Assembly (NCBI GenBank): GCA_965224245.1 | Contig: OZ245046.1 | Coordinates: forward strand, 3,456,001-3,520,000 | Direction: 5' to 3' | DNA: 64,000 bases | Origin: Candidatus Eiseniibacteriota bacterium | GTDB taxonomy: Bacteria; Eisenbacteria; RBG-16-71-46; CAZAMP01 | In this document: in pieces, positions 33,272 to 42,453 of the stretch | How the letters are laid out: the number at the start of each line of letters is the position of its first letter | Numbering within the stretch: the first letter of the stretch is position 1 | Translations under genes and position numbers: made by a program | The notes under the pieces: generated by a model | What the model was told of the DNA's origin: nothing | Seen by the model: the letters and a program-made list of their open reading frames with translations, nothing else | Database searches by the model: none

Positions 33272-36200
33272 CTACTTCAGCACCACCATCTTCGTGGAGG
33301 CGTCGAAGCCGTCGGACGTCGACATGCGGGCCCAGTACACGCCACTGGAGACCTTCGCACCGGCGTCGGTGAGACCGTCCCACTGGAGGCTGTACGTGTT
33401 GGGCGCCTGCACCTCGTTCACGAGCGTGCGGACGAGGCGACCGTTGACGTCGTAGATCCCCAGGCTCACGTGAGCCTCGCGACCGACCACGTAACGGACC
33501 GTCGTGCGCGGGTTGAACGGGTTCGGGCTGTTCTGGTACAGCGCCGTCCGGACACCCGGGGACACGACTTCGTCAGCACCGACGATCAGCCCGTCGAACG
33601 ACTTCATGACCGTCGTGTTGGTCGGAGCCTCCAGGTAGTCGAAGACGTCGTTCAGACGCGCCAGGATCGCGTAGTCCGCGCACGGCGTGCCGTCGCCAGG
33701 GGCGTCGAGCGGATCGCCGTCACCGGTCCAGCCGGCCGGGGTCGCACGGAGGTAGTGGATCGAGAACGCATCGAGAACGGTACGGTAGCCCGTGCTCGTC
33801 GGCGACTGGTCGTTGGAGACCGACGCGTACGGAGTCTGGACCTCACCGTTGTCCTGATCGACCCAGATCAGGTCGCCCTGACCGTCGCCGACCGCGCCGA
33901 TGACGTCGAAGGCGAACTCGGTCGGGCAGCCGTTTCCGCGAGCGGACGAGTAGCTGCCGGCCGCACTGACGTCACTGGACGGATCCGCGTCGAGACGGAC
34001 GCACAGCGACGGATCCTCCACACCACCGGTCCGGTTCTCACGGTACGGCGCGGCGATGAAGCTCGTCTGTGCGAACTGGTTCAGCAGCGCGTTGTTGTCG
34101 GTGCGGTCGGTGCGGTTCAGGATCGAGGCGATCCCGTTGCCGCTGAGCCACAGACCGCGCGTGAAGTCGCTGCCGCCCGGACGGGCCACCGTCAGCCACG
34201 TCGCGATCAGGTCGGCGTCACCGTCACGGAGACCCTCCTGCGCGAACGTGCCCGTGTTGTACAGCATCGTCCGGTAGATCAGCGACTGGTACTTCGTCAT
34301 GCCGTTGTCACCGGACGACTCGCGAGCGAGCGGGGCCGGCACGTTGGACGACGCGGCGATGTAGTCGTAGCGATCCCAGTTGTCGTGCACGATGCCGTCG
34401 CGGTCGGTGGTCGTCCCGAGACGCGGGCGAAGGCCCTCGTCCTCGAGCGGCACCTGCGCGCCGAAGTTGAACGCATCCACGTACAGGACACAGGACGAGA
34501 GGTAGCCCAGGTTGTCCTGGCCGCCATCGTCCGGACCGATCGCGACGTTGCCCGGAAGCACCTCGAACTCGAGGAAGAAGAACGTATCCGGGTCGGTGTC
34601 GTTGTTCGTCGTGTCCGGGGTCACGCGGACCTGATCCGGGAACGAGGAGCCGACGACGGAGAAGAAGTACTCCACCGTCGAGCCCGGCGTCAGTTCGCCG
34701 TCCGGCAGGATCTTGTTGCCGTTCGCCGAGCTGTACGTCGAGAACAGACCCGGGTTGACGCCCGGATCGAGCTCGGTCATCTCGCAGGACGCGAAGCGAC
34801 CGTTGCCGTCCTCACCGTTGCCCTGATCGGCGACCGCGTCACCGATGCCACCCTGCGCGCCCACGATGCCGTTCGGACCGGCACCGGACTCGCCGAGGAA
34901 GGCATTGACGTCCCCGTCCGACATCGCGGGACCGCGATACAGACGGTAGTTCAGGTAGACCTCTGCGCCGCTCGCCGTGAGAACGGTCGCGGAGTCACCC
35001 ATGTTGGCGTTCGTCTGATCGGTGTCCGCACGGTTGTTGTCGTAGTACGAGTGCACGGACGCCGTGGCGGTCGGGAGCAGCGAGTTCTCGTCCGGGAACT
35101 GGTCCTGCCAGATGATCTCGGTCGAGATCTGGGGCGCATCCACAGGATCGCCGGCGAGGCCGATCGAGAGGTTGTCCCAGTACGGCGACTGGTTGGTCTG
35201 ATCCGGACCCGTGCAGTTCGCGGTTCCGAAGTCGTCGCAGTCACCGAGGAGCTCGAACACGATCTTCAGCGAGTCCACGCCGTTATCGAACGCGGTGGTC
35301 ATGAACTCCGAGTTGTCGGCGCGGAGCGAGACGCAACGCGCGCCGCCGAGACCGGAGAAGATGAAGCCACCGTCACCGGCGGGCTCGATCGTCCAGCCGA
35401 CCTCGTCGGTCTCCGGGCAGGTCCAGGGCCAGTAGCCCATCGACGCACGGTAGCCGACACCGTTCGACGTCGGGGTGTCTTCCCAGACATCCCAGTCGAG
35501 CAGGTAGATCGCGCGAGCATCGTCCTCACCGGTGACGACCGCGGGGTTCGAGATCAGGAGCTCACGCTGCTTCTGCGGGTGCGGGAACCCACCGGCGATG
35601 CTGCCGTCCCAGTCCGCCGCGACCATGACGAAGTCATTCTCGACGTCGAGCGTGATGGGGCAGGCGCAATCGTCGGCGATGGGATCCAGACTCGCCAGCG
35701 CGACGACCTGCTGGAAGTTACCGATCGCGGGATCGGTGGAGAACGTCCAGCCCTCTTCGTCCACCTCGAAGTTGTCCGTATCGGAGAGGCCGACTCCGTT
35801 GATCACGAAGTTGTCCATGCCGAACGGACCCCAGAACGAGTTCAGGAAGCCCGAGAACGAGTCCAGGCCGTCCGAGTACAGCGGGTCGGAGTCGAAGTTG
35901 AAGATGACCTGGAACGGGTCACCGTTGTCCGGCGGAAGGAACGCGAGGTCGATGACGATGGTGTCGGTGGCCGGGTTTGTCGGATCACCGATCCACGTGC
36001 CCTCTTCCTGCGCGCCGGAGTAGCCCCAGCCCTCGGGGGTCGACCACGCCGAGCCGTTCAGCGGCGTCGAACGCACACCCGCCACGTCCGTGTACACGTA
36101 GACGTAGTCGAACTGGGTCTCGCAGTCCGTGAAGTAGTCGAACTGGAGCGTGACGGTGGACGTGCCGCCGTAGATGAACGTCTTCGTCGCGTTGACGCCC

Positions 36201-36700
36201 CAGCCGTTGTCGTAGCCGAGTCCACCCGGCCAGCAGCCGGCCGCCGCCTCTTCGTCGTTCGCACCGGCCCACAGGGAGCCGACGCCGGACATCACCGGGA
36301 TCGTCGTGGCACCGGAGAAGTCGGCCGCCGTGATGCGACGGAAGTACGTGTCGCCGCCAGTCGACGGGTCACCCGGGGGGTCCGCCTGGCCGACGTCGGT
36401 CTTGTCTTCGGAGGACCAGCCCTGAAGCGTGCCGTCCTCGAAGTCCCAGATGCCGGTGGACTCACCACCCGAACGGTCGCCCTTGAACGCGAGGCCGTCG
36501 ACATCCTCACCGCCGAACCAGACCGTATCCGCGATGCCACGCTGCGTGTAGCTATCCTCGCGGACCGGCGGATCATTCAGAAGGTCCTGCTGGCCGCGCG
36601 GCAACAGGTCGGTGCGGACCTCCAGCTTGCCACCCGCGAGAGCGGTGGTGCTGAGACCGACGACGAGTACCGACGCCAGCACAACTGAGCGCTTAGCCAT
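33272..36700 (-). CDS. Large acidic secreted protein with FlgD-Ig/T9SS-type C-terminal domain; candidate major surface/S-layer protein
   Basis: Signal peptide MAKRSVVLASVLVVGLSTTALA; Asp/Gly/Thr/Asn-rich; C-terminal LYQNSPNPFNPRT...IYDVNGRLVRTLV...WDG....VSSGVY...KMVVLK. GGAGG RBS (alternative TTG start at 36706). Confidence 0.8.
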   Translation of the reverse strand: MAKRSVVLASVLVVGLSTTALAGGKLEVRTDLLPRGQQDLLNDPPVREDSYTQRGIADTVWFGGEDVDGLAFKGDRSGGESTGIWDFEDGTLQGWSSEDKTDVGQADPPGDPSTGGDTYFRRITAADFSGATTIPVMSGVGSLWAGANDEEAAAGCWPGGLGYDNGWGVNATKTFIYGGTSTVTLQFDYFTDCETQFDYVYVYTDVAGVRSTPLNGSAWSTPEGWGYSGAQEEGTWIGDPTNPATDTIVIDLAFLPPDNGDPFQVIFNFDSDPLYSDGLDSFSGFLNSFWGPFGMDNFVINGVGLSDTDNFEVDEEGWTFSTDPAIGNFQQVVALASLDPIADDCACPITLDVENDFVMVAADWDGSIAGGFPHPQKQRELLISNPAVVTGEDDARAIYLLDWDVWEDTPTSNGVGYRASMGYWPWTCPETDEVGWTIEPAGDGGFIFSGLGGARCVSLRADNSEFMTTAFDNGVDSLKIVFELLGDCDDFGTANCTGPDQTNQSPYWDNLSIGLAGDPVDAPQISTEIIWQDQFPDENSLLPTATASVHSYYDNNRADTDQTNANMGDSATVLTASGAEVYLNYRLYRGPAMSDGDVNAFLGESGAGPNGIVGAQGGIGDAVADQGNGEDGNGRFASCEMTELDPGVNPGLFSTYSSANGNKILPDGELTPGSTVEYFFSVVGSSFPDQVRVTPDTTNNDTDPDTFFFLEFEVLPGNVAIGPDDGGQDNLGYLSSCVLYVDAFNFGAQVPLEDEGLRPRLGTTTDRDGIVHDNWDRYDYIAASSNVPAPLARESSGDNGMTKYQSLIYRTMLYNTGTFAQEGLRDGDADLIATWLTVARPGGSDFTRGLWLSGNGIASILNRTDRTDNNALLNQFAQTSFIAAPYRENRTGGVEDPSLCVRLDADPSSDVSAAGSYSSARGNGCPTEFAFDVIGAVGDGQGDLIWVDQDNGEVQTPYASVSNDQSPTSTGYRTVLDAFSIHYLRATPAGWTGDGDPLDAPGDGTPCADYAILARLNDVFDYLEAPTNTTVMKSFDGLIVGADEVVSPGVRTALYQNSPNPFNPRTTVRYVVGREAHVSLGIYDVNGRLVRTLVNEVQAPNTYSLQWDGLTDAGAKVSSGVYWARMSTSDGFDASTKMVVLK

Positions 36701-36951
36701 TACCAAAATGCCTCCATCGTTGCTGAAAGAACATCCCAGGCTTGCAGGTGGGTTGCGCGCCGGGGCGAGATGGGGTCGCCGACGGGAGGTTCACCTGCGG
36801 AGATGTCAACCCCTGGCTCTGCGACCTCCTTTTCCGGGTGTGCCCTTGATACCGATGCCCTGCTGAAAAACGCAACTACGCGTCAAAGTCCTTCGTTGAC
36901 CAGTGGGAGAGTCCAGTCGACCGTCTCGCCGTGTTGCAGTCCTCGCTGTGT

Positions 36952-37027
36952 CTCGTCGCTGGCCGTGCACGCTCTGCACAGGGCCGACGTCACGACGCGG
37001 GGGATGGGAACCGCGTCGAGCGACGAG
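36952..37027 (-). ncRNA. Predicted three-way-junction RNA at the 5' end of a ~340-nt leader
   Basis: Minus-strand pairings CUCGUCGCU/AGCGACGAG, CGACGCGG/CCGCGUCG and GGCC(CU)GUGCA/UGCACGGCC. No known family recognised. Confidence 0.45.
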
Positions 37028-37047
37028 TGCATTCTGAGACAGCCGGA

Positions 37048-37076
37048 AGTATACGCGCGCGCGTAAAGGGCGTCAA
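37048..37076 (-). promoter_or_regulatory. Near-consensus sigma70 promoter TTGACG-N17-TATACT
   Basis: -35 at 37076-37071, 17-bp spacer, -10 at 37053-37048; points toward the 1142-aa gene. Confidence 0.8.
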
Positions 37077-37088
37077 GAGCCCGTACAG

Positions 37089-38015
37089 TCAGGGTTTTCG
37101 CGCTCTGGCGATCCGTCTGACGAACCTCGCCAGCACCCCGGGAGGACGCCGCCACGCGCCCGACCTCCAGAACTCCGGGACTCGCGATTCGAAGAACCGC
37201 CACTCCCCCGGTCCGGGTACGGGAAGGCCGGCGCCGGCGCCCCGATCACCCCGGTGGGTCCGCTCGACGAGCCTCCCTCCGTCGAGGATCAGGACCCGGC
37301 TCACGACCGGCGTGATCCATTCCAGGTCGTGTCCTGCCAGCACGATGCCGCCCCCTCTGCTCGCGATCCTGGAGACGGCCGCCGCGAGGTCGGCGCGTCC
37401 GCGGACGTCCAGACCGGCCACCGGCTCGTCCAGAAGGAGCAGCCGCGGGGCGAAGACCAGGACCGACGCGATCGCGACGCGGCGCTGCTCCCCGGCGCTG
37501 AGCTGCCAGGGGCCCCGATCCTCGATGCCGCGGTCGCCGGCGAAGCCCATCGTGGCCAGCGCCGCCCGGGCCTGATCGCGGGCCTGATCGCGGGCCCGAT
37601 CGCCGGCCCGATCGTGGGCCCCCTGCGCACCGAACGCGACCTCCGACAGCACCGTGGACGCGAAGAACTGCCGCTCGGGGAACGACCGCGCCAGCCCGAC
37701 GTCGGGGAACGCCACCTGTCCGGGCGCCAGGGCCCGCCCGGCCACCGTCAGCTCGCCTCCCCATCGGGGATGGACCCCGGCCAGCACGCGGAGCAGCGTC
37801 GTCTTGCCCGACCCCGACGCCCCGAGGACGGCCACGACGTCGCCGGCGCGCACGGTCAGCGAGACGTCCGACAGGACGGTGAACGCCGATCGGGCCGGCT
37901 CCTGGCGGGGCCCCGGATCGGGGTCGGAGGCGCCCGGCCCTCGTCCATGGCCGGCGCGAAGCCGTCGGGCCACCAGGATCGGCTCGGCGGCGGGGCCGGC
38001 TAGCGCGCCGGCCAT
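37089..38015 (-). CDS. ECF-type ABC transporter ATPase (EcfA2/CbiO-like)
   Basis: GASGSGKTT, FPERQFF...TVLSEVAFG, PWQLSAGEQRRVAIA, LLDEP, GHD. Start uncertain. Confidence 0.85.
   Translation of the reverse strand: MAGALAGPAAEPILVARRLRAGHGRGPGASDPDPGPRQEPARSAFTVLSDVSLTVRAGDVVAVLGASGSGKTTLLRVLAGVHPRWGGELTVAGRALAPGQVAFPDVGLARSFPERQFFASTVLSEVAFGAQGAHDRAGDRARDQARDQARAALATMGFAGDRGIEDRGPWQLSAGEQRRVAIASVLVFAPRLLLLDEPVAGLDVRGRADLAAAVSRIASRGGGIVLAGHDLEWITPVVSRVLILDGGRLVERTHRGDRGAGAGLPVPGPGEWRFFESRVPEFWRSGAWRRPPGVLARFVRRIARARKP
37567..37620. repeat. In-frame 12-bp tandem repeat (CGGGCCYGATCG, about 4.5 copies)
   Basis: Read directly; encodes AHDRAGDRARDQARDQAR in the ECF ATPase. Confidence 0.8.
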
Positions 38016-38854
38016 CGGGCCTCCAGTTCGGCCCAGGACCGCGGACACCGCCGCACCGCCGCTGCATCCGGCCCGGCGTGGGCGGCATCGCCCTCGTGGG
38101 GCGCATGCGGTCCGGGCAGCTCGCCGAGCTGGTCCATCACCGTCAGCAGGGACGGCTCTCCGAGATCCCAGCGGCGCCACCGGCGCGTCCGGAGCACCTC
38201 GCCCGCGGTGTGCTCGTCGACGATCCGGCCGGAATCGAGCACCACGACGCGGGTCGCCAGGAGGACGAGGTCGATCCGATGAGTGGCGACCACGATCGCG
38301 TCCGGCGGCGGACCGGCCGTGGGATCGCCGGACAGGAAGCGGGTCAGAAGCCCGGTCGCGTCCACGTCGGCGTGAGTCGTGGGCTCGTCCAGGAGGACGA
38401 GCGGCGGTCCGGGCGCCAGCGCCGCGGCCAGATGCACGCGCTGCTGCTCGCCGGCCGACAGCATGCGAGGATCGCGACGTTCCAGGTCTAAGAGCCCGAG
38501 CCGCGAGACGGTCTCGGCCAGTCGACTCTCGGCCGCGTCTCCGGTCATCCCCCGACACGCGAGGGCGAACCGAACCTCGTCGGCGACGGTGTGAGAGGCC
38601 CAGGCGCCCGCCGGGGACTGCCGGACCAGTCCCACGTCGCACGCACGATCGGCCCGGCCCGATTGCGGCTCCAGGACCCCGGCCAGCACGTTCAGCAGGG
38701 TGCTCTTGCCCGATCCGTTCGCACCGAGAAGGACCATCCGGTCGCCGGGCCAGACCGAGAGCGTGACCCCGGCGAGCGCCGGCGGTGCGCCCGCGCTCAG
38801 CGTGACCGAGGCGTCGCTCATCGATGCTAGCGGTTCGCCGCGCGCGCCCACCAT
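38000..38854 (-). CDS. ECF-type ABC transporter ATPase (EcfA1/CbiO-like)
   Basis: GANGSGKST, VGLVRQSP, TVADEVRFAL, LSAGEQQR, LLDEPT, ATH. Confidence 0.85.
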   Translation of the reverse strand: MVGARGEPLASMSDASVTLSAGAPPALAGVTLSVWPGDRMVLLGANGSGKSTLLNVLAGVLEPQSGRADRACDVGLVRQSPAGAWASHTVADEVRFALACRGMTGDAAESRLAETVSRLGLLDLERRDPRMLSAGEQQRVHLAAALAPGPPLVLLDEPTTHADVDATGLLTRFLSGDPTAGPPPDAIVVATHRIDLVLLATRVVVLDSGRIVDEHTAGEVLRTRRWRRWDLGEPSLLTVMDQLGELPGPHAPHEGDAAHAGPDAAAVRRCPRSWAELEARWPAR

Positions 38855-40002
38855 GCCGCCTCGGCCTCCCGGTACACCTCACGGACCGGGACGTTCGAGC
38901 TCCGGGCCGCGCGGCGGCAGTCGTCGTACTCTGGCGCCGCGGTCTCCCGGCCGCCGGGCCGGACGACGACCTTCACCCGGATCGTCCCGTAGTCGGTCTC
39001 GACCGTCTCGATCCGGCGGTCCAGCTCGTGACGCGCCTCGCGTCGCACGCGAAGCCCGATCGTGGTGGAGTGCGCGAGGACGAGGCTCGCCAGCGCGTCG
39101 GCCCGCCCCACCGGGGCGAGCACGGTCAGGAGGTGGCCCGATCGCCCCTTCTTCATCTGCACCGGTGTCACGAACACGTCCAGCGCCCCGTCGTCGATGA
39201 GACGCTCGGTGACGTCGGAGAGCCACTCGGGGGTCATGTCGTCGAGGTTGGCCTCGATCACGTCGACCGCGCCGCGGGGCGCCGCGGCGTCCAGCCGCAT
39301 CACGCGGACCATGTTCGGCGGTCCGACCTCGTCCTGGCGCGCTCCGAACCCGACCCCGATCGGCCCCAGCGTGACCCGGCCCGGCCACGTGTCCTCGCGC
39401 GCCAGCGCCGACACGATGGCCGCCCCCGTCGGCGTCGTGTGCTCGCCGGGCCGGCCCGTGAAGTGCACTGCCCGTCCGTCCAGGAGGTGGGCGGTGGCCG
39501 GTGACGGCAGCGGGAACACGCCGTGCGCCCCCGTCGTGTTGCCGGTCCCCAGCGGCAGTGGTCCGGCGAAGAGGTCGTGCGCGCCGAGAAGCTCCAGCGC
39601 GATCGAGACGCCGGCGACGTCCACGATGGAATCGACCGCGCCGACCTCGTGGAAGTGCACCCGCTCGAGCGCGATCCCGTGCACGAACGCCTCGGCCTCG
39701 GCGAGCCGGCGAAACACGTGCTCGGCCCGCTCCAGAGCGCCCGGGGCCAGCGAGCCGCGGCGCAGGATGGCCAGAACGTCCTCGAGGCCCCGGTGCGCGT
39801 GCGACTCGCCGATCGTGACGTCGACCCGTCGCCCCCGAAAGCCCCTCCGGACCTCCTCGACCACGGTCAGCTCCCACCCCTCGAGGCGGAGCGTGGCGAG
39901 CTGGGACCGGATCGCCTCCTCGGGAGCGCCGGCGTCGATCAGCGCCGCCAGCAGCATGTCGCCGGCGATTCCGCCCACCGGATCCACGAAGAGCCCGCTC
40001 AT
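38827..40002 (-). CDS. larC: Nickel pincer cofactor biosynthesis nickel insertase LarC
   Basis: GIAGDMLLAALID, AEAFVHG..VHFHEVGAVDSIVD, AHG..P.PAT, TPTGAA, EANLDD, MKKGR, TTIGLR, PEYDDC. Confidence 0.95.
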   Translation of the reverse strand: MSGLFVDPVGGIAGDMLLAALIDAGAPEEAIRSQLATLRLEGWELTVVEEVRRGFRGRRVDVTIGESHAHRGLEDVLAILRRGSLAPGALERAEHVFRRLAEAEAFVHGIALERVHFHEVGAVDSIVDVAGVSIALELLGAHDLFAGPLPLGTGNTTGAHGVFPLPSPATAHLLDGRAVHFTGRPGEHTTPTGAAIVSALAREDTWPGRVTLGPIGVGFGARQDEVGPPNMVRVMRLDAAAPRGAVDVIEANLDDMTPEWLSDVTERLIDDGALDVFVTPVQMKKGRSGHLLTVLAPVGRADALASLVLAHSTTIGLRVRREARHELDRRIETVETDYGTIRVKVVVRPGGRETAAPEYDDCRRAARSSNVPVREVYREAEAAWWARAANR

Positions 40003-40766
40003 GACCGGTCGCGTCCCCGTACCACGAGCCGGTTGATGGTGGCCGCGGCGTATCCCGCACCGAAGCCGTTGTCGATGTTCACGACGGTCACGCCCGAGGC
40101 GCACGAGGTGAGCATGCCGAGCAGCGCGGCGACGCCGCCGAACGCCGCGCCATACCCCGTACTCGTCGGAACGGCGATCACCGGACGATCCACGAGCCCG
40201 GCCACCAGCGACGGCAGCGCGCCCTCCATGCCCGCCACGACGACGATCGCGTTCGCGTGCGTGAAGCGGTCGCGGCGCGAGAGCACGCGATGAACGCCGG
40301 CCACGCCGACGTCGGCGATGCGATCGACGGCCGCGCCCAGCGCGCTCGCCGTCACCGCCGCCTCCTCGGCGACCGGAGCGTCGGACGTCCCCGCGCTGAT
40401 CACGCTGACGGCGCCGATCGGGTCGGCCGGCTCGCGATCCACGTGAAAGACGCGCGCGCGACGATGCACGTCACCGTCCGGAAACGTCCGTGACAGCGCG
40501 GCGACCTGCTCGTCGGTCACACGCGTCAGCAGCACGCGCGACGAGGTGGCGAGAATCGTGGATGCGATCGCCACGACCTCCTCGGTGGTCTTGGCCGCGC
40601 AGAAGACCACCTCGGGATAGCCGCATCGGGCCTCGCGTGCGGCGTCCACGGTCGCGTTCGGGTGTGCGCCGCCCAGATGAGGCAGGAGCTCGTCGGCCGC
40701 GCGGTCGGCGGTCAGCGAGCCCGCTCGGACGGCCTCCAGTAGCTCGGTCAGCCTGACAGGGTCCAT
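39999..40766 (-). CDS. larB: Nickel pincer cofactor biosynthesis carboxylase LarB
   Basis: GYPEVVF, SAGTSD.PVAEEA, DVGVAG.HR, VAGMEGAL.S, AVPTSTGYG, VNIDNGFGA. Confidence 0.95.
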   Translation of the reverse strand: MDPVRLTELLEAVRAGSLTADRAADELLPHLGGAHPNATVDAAREARCGYPEVVFCAAKTTEEVVAIASTILATSSRVLLTRVTDEQVAALSRTFPDGDVHRRARVFHVDREPADPIGAVSVISAGTSDAPVAEEAAVTASALGAAVDRIADVGVAGVHRVLSRRDRFTHANAIVVVAGMEGALPSLVAGLVDRPVIAVPTSTGYGAAFGGVAALLGMLTSCASGVTVVNIDNGFGAGYAAATINRLVVRGRDRS

Positions 40767-40840
40767 GTCGTCGATCTCCGCCCGCGCGTCGCCGCGAGCC
40801 CGATCGACCGGCGGCTCGTCGTCCCGGCGGGCGGACCAGG

Positions 40841-42298
40841 CTAGTGTGAGGACTCGCTCGCGGCGACCACCGCCGCTCGCTTCGCGTGGACCTCCTCGGC
40901 CGCCGCGGCGAACTGCGGATCGGAAGGGAGCTTCACGCGCAGTGCCGCGCCCTCGCCGCCGGTTCGATAGGCGATCTCTTCGGCCAGCGCGGCGCCGAGC
41001 GCCTGGTCGGAGATCCCGTCGGCGGCTCCGGGTCGTTCGCGCGACACGAAGTCTCTGAACGCCGTCAGTGTGGACTCATCGAACGCGTGAGACAAGTCCG
41101 GCGCGTGCTCGGTGCCGGTGTCCAGGAAGCCCGTGACGAGCCCGTCCACGACCAGGTCGACGACGAGCGAATCGGCCCCGGCGGCGGCGACGTGGACGTC
41201 TGGCGCGATGCCTCCCTCGTGGGCGAGGGCCGGGTCGTCCGACGCGATCGCTTCCACGCTGCGCCCCGAGGGCGTGTAGTAGTGGGCGGTGGTCAGCTTC
41301 AGGGCATGGCCGCCGGTGAAGCCGAACACCGACTGCACCGACCCCTTGCCGAACGTGCGCGAGCCCACCAGGACGGCCCGGCCGTGATCCTGGAGCGCAC
41401 CCGCGACGATCTCGGCGGCGCTCGCGCTGCCCTCGTCCACGAGGATGGCCATGGGCAGCGTGCAGGTGTGCACGAGCCCGGCGCGGTAGAGTCGGTTCTC
41501 GGAGGTCTGACGGCTTCGCACCTCCACGATCGCCTCGCCGGCGTCGAGGAACAGCTCGGCCACCTCCACGGCCTGCGTCAGGAGACCGCCGGGATTGCCG
41601 CGCATGTCGAAGACCAGTCCCGTGGCGCCCGCATCCTCGATCTCGGACAGCGCCCTCGCCACGTCCTGCCCCGTCGTCTCGGAGAACCGGCGCAGACGAA
41701 GGTAGGCCACGTCGTCGAACCACAGCGGCCCGATCACGCTCTCCACGCGGATCTCCGACCGCGTCAGCGAGATCGAGAAACTCGAGGCGCCGGGGCGATC
41801 GATCGAGAGCTCCACCTCGGAGCCGAGGTCCCCCCGGAGGAGGTGGACGACGTCCCCGAGCGGCATCCCCTCGGTCTCGGTCCCGTCGATGGCCAGGACG
41901 CGGTCCCCGGGTCGGATCCCGGCCCTGGCGGCCGGCGTCGCGTCCATCGGGCTCACCACGGTCGGGAATCCCCCGCGCTCGGCCATCACGACCCCGACCC
42001 CGTGAAACCGGCCTCGCGTCGTGGACTGCATGGTCGTGTAGGCGTCGGGCTCGAGGAATCGCGAGTGGTCGTCCAGGCCCGTCATCACGCCCTCGATGGC
42101 GAGGCCGATCAGCTCCTCGGTGGAGAAGCGCGTGACGTAGTGGTCCTGCACGCGCTCGATGGTCTCGAAGAAAAGATGAAAGTGCTGGTAGATGTCCGCG
42201 TCGTCCGAGCCGGCAGAGCCGGGGTCGCCGGCGGCGACGCCGATCGCGGTCGAGACGAGCAGCAGCGGGGTCCAGACGAGGCGGCGGTGATGCTTCAC
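40841..42298 (-). CDS. ctpA: S41A carboxy-terminal processing protease (PDZ)
   Basis: LDDHSRF, F.GVG, PAARAGI, DMRGNPGGLL, SASAAEIVAGALQD, TFGKGSVQ, LKLTTAHYYTPSG, GIAPD. GTG start at 42298 with AAGGA. Confidence 0.92.
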   Translation of the reverse strand: MKHHRRLVWTPLLLVSTAIGVAAGDPGSAGSDDADIYQHFHLFFETIERVQDHYVTRFSTEELIGLAIEGVMTGLDDHSRFLEPDAYTTMQSTTRGRFHGVGVVMAERGGFPTVVSPMDATPAARAGIRPGDRVLAIDGTETEGMPLGDVVHLLRGDLGSEVELSIDRPGASSFSISLTRSEIRVESVIGPLWFDDVAYLRLRRFSETTGQDVARALSEIEDAGATGLVFDMRGNPGGLLTQAVEVAELFLDAGEAIVEVRSRQTSENRLYRAGLVHTCTLPMAILVDEGSASAAEIVAGALQDHGRAVLVGSRTFGKGSVQSVFGFTGGHALKLTTAHYYTPSGRSVEAIASDDPALAHEGGIAPDVHVAAAGADSLVVDLVVDGLVTGFLDTGTEHAPDLSHAFDESTLTAFRDFVSRERPGAADGISDQALGAALAEEIAYRTGGEGAALRVKLPSDPQFAAAAEEVHAKRAAVVAASESSH

Positions 42299-42342
42299 GA
42301 TGATGATCCTTCGTGCTGGCGCCGGGGCGCGGTGCTGCACGA

Positions 42343-42351
42343 AGTATATCA
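42343..42351 (-). promoter_or_regulatory. Extended -10 element TGATATACT upstream of ctpA
   Basis: TGn-TATACT in an AT-rich patch about 45 bp upstream of the start; no good -35. Confidence 0.45.
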
Positions 42352-42453
42352 ACTGCGCTATGTTTTCGGGGAAGCCCCCTGCGCCGCCTCGAGCCGGAAA
42401 CGACGCGGACGCGCGACTCCGGTCGAGGTCGGCCGCGCCGGTGGGCCGCGCGG

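Noticed and set aside
31909-33455. Short ORFs inside the inverted-repeat region, some with near-identical peptides (ERLCG..VSHESRLRPHACRACAE)
   Set aside because: The similarity simply reflects the DNA repeat; indels between arms break frames, and there is no RBS/start support or recognisable domain.
36701-37041. Known riboswitch (c-di-GMP, TPP, SAM, cobalamin) in the long leader
   Set aside because: No diagnostic consensus recognised by eye; kept only as an unclassified structured leader.
38827-40002. Programmed frameshift in larC
   Set aside because: The N- and C-terminal LarC motifs lie in one continuous frame.
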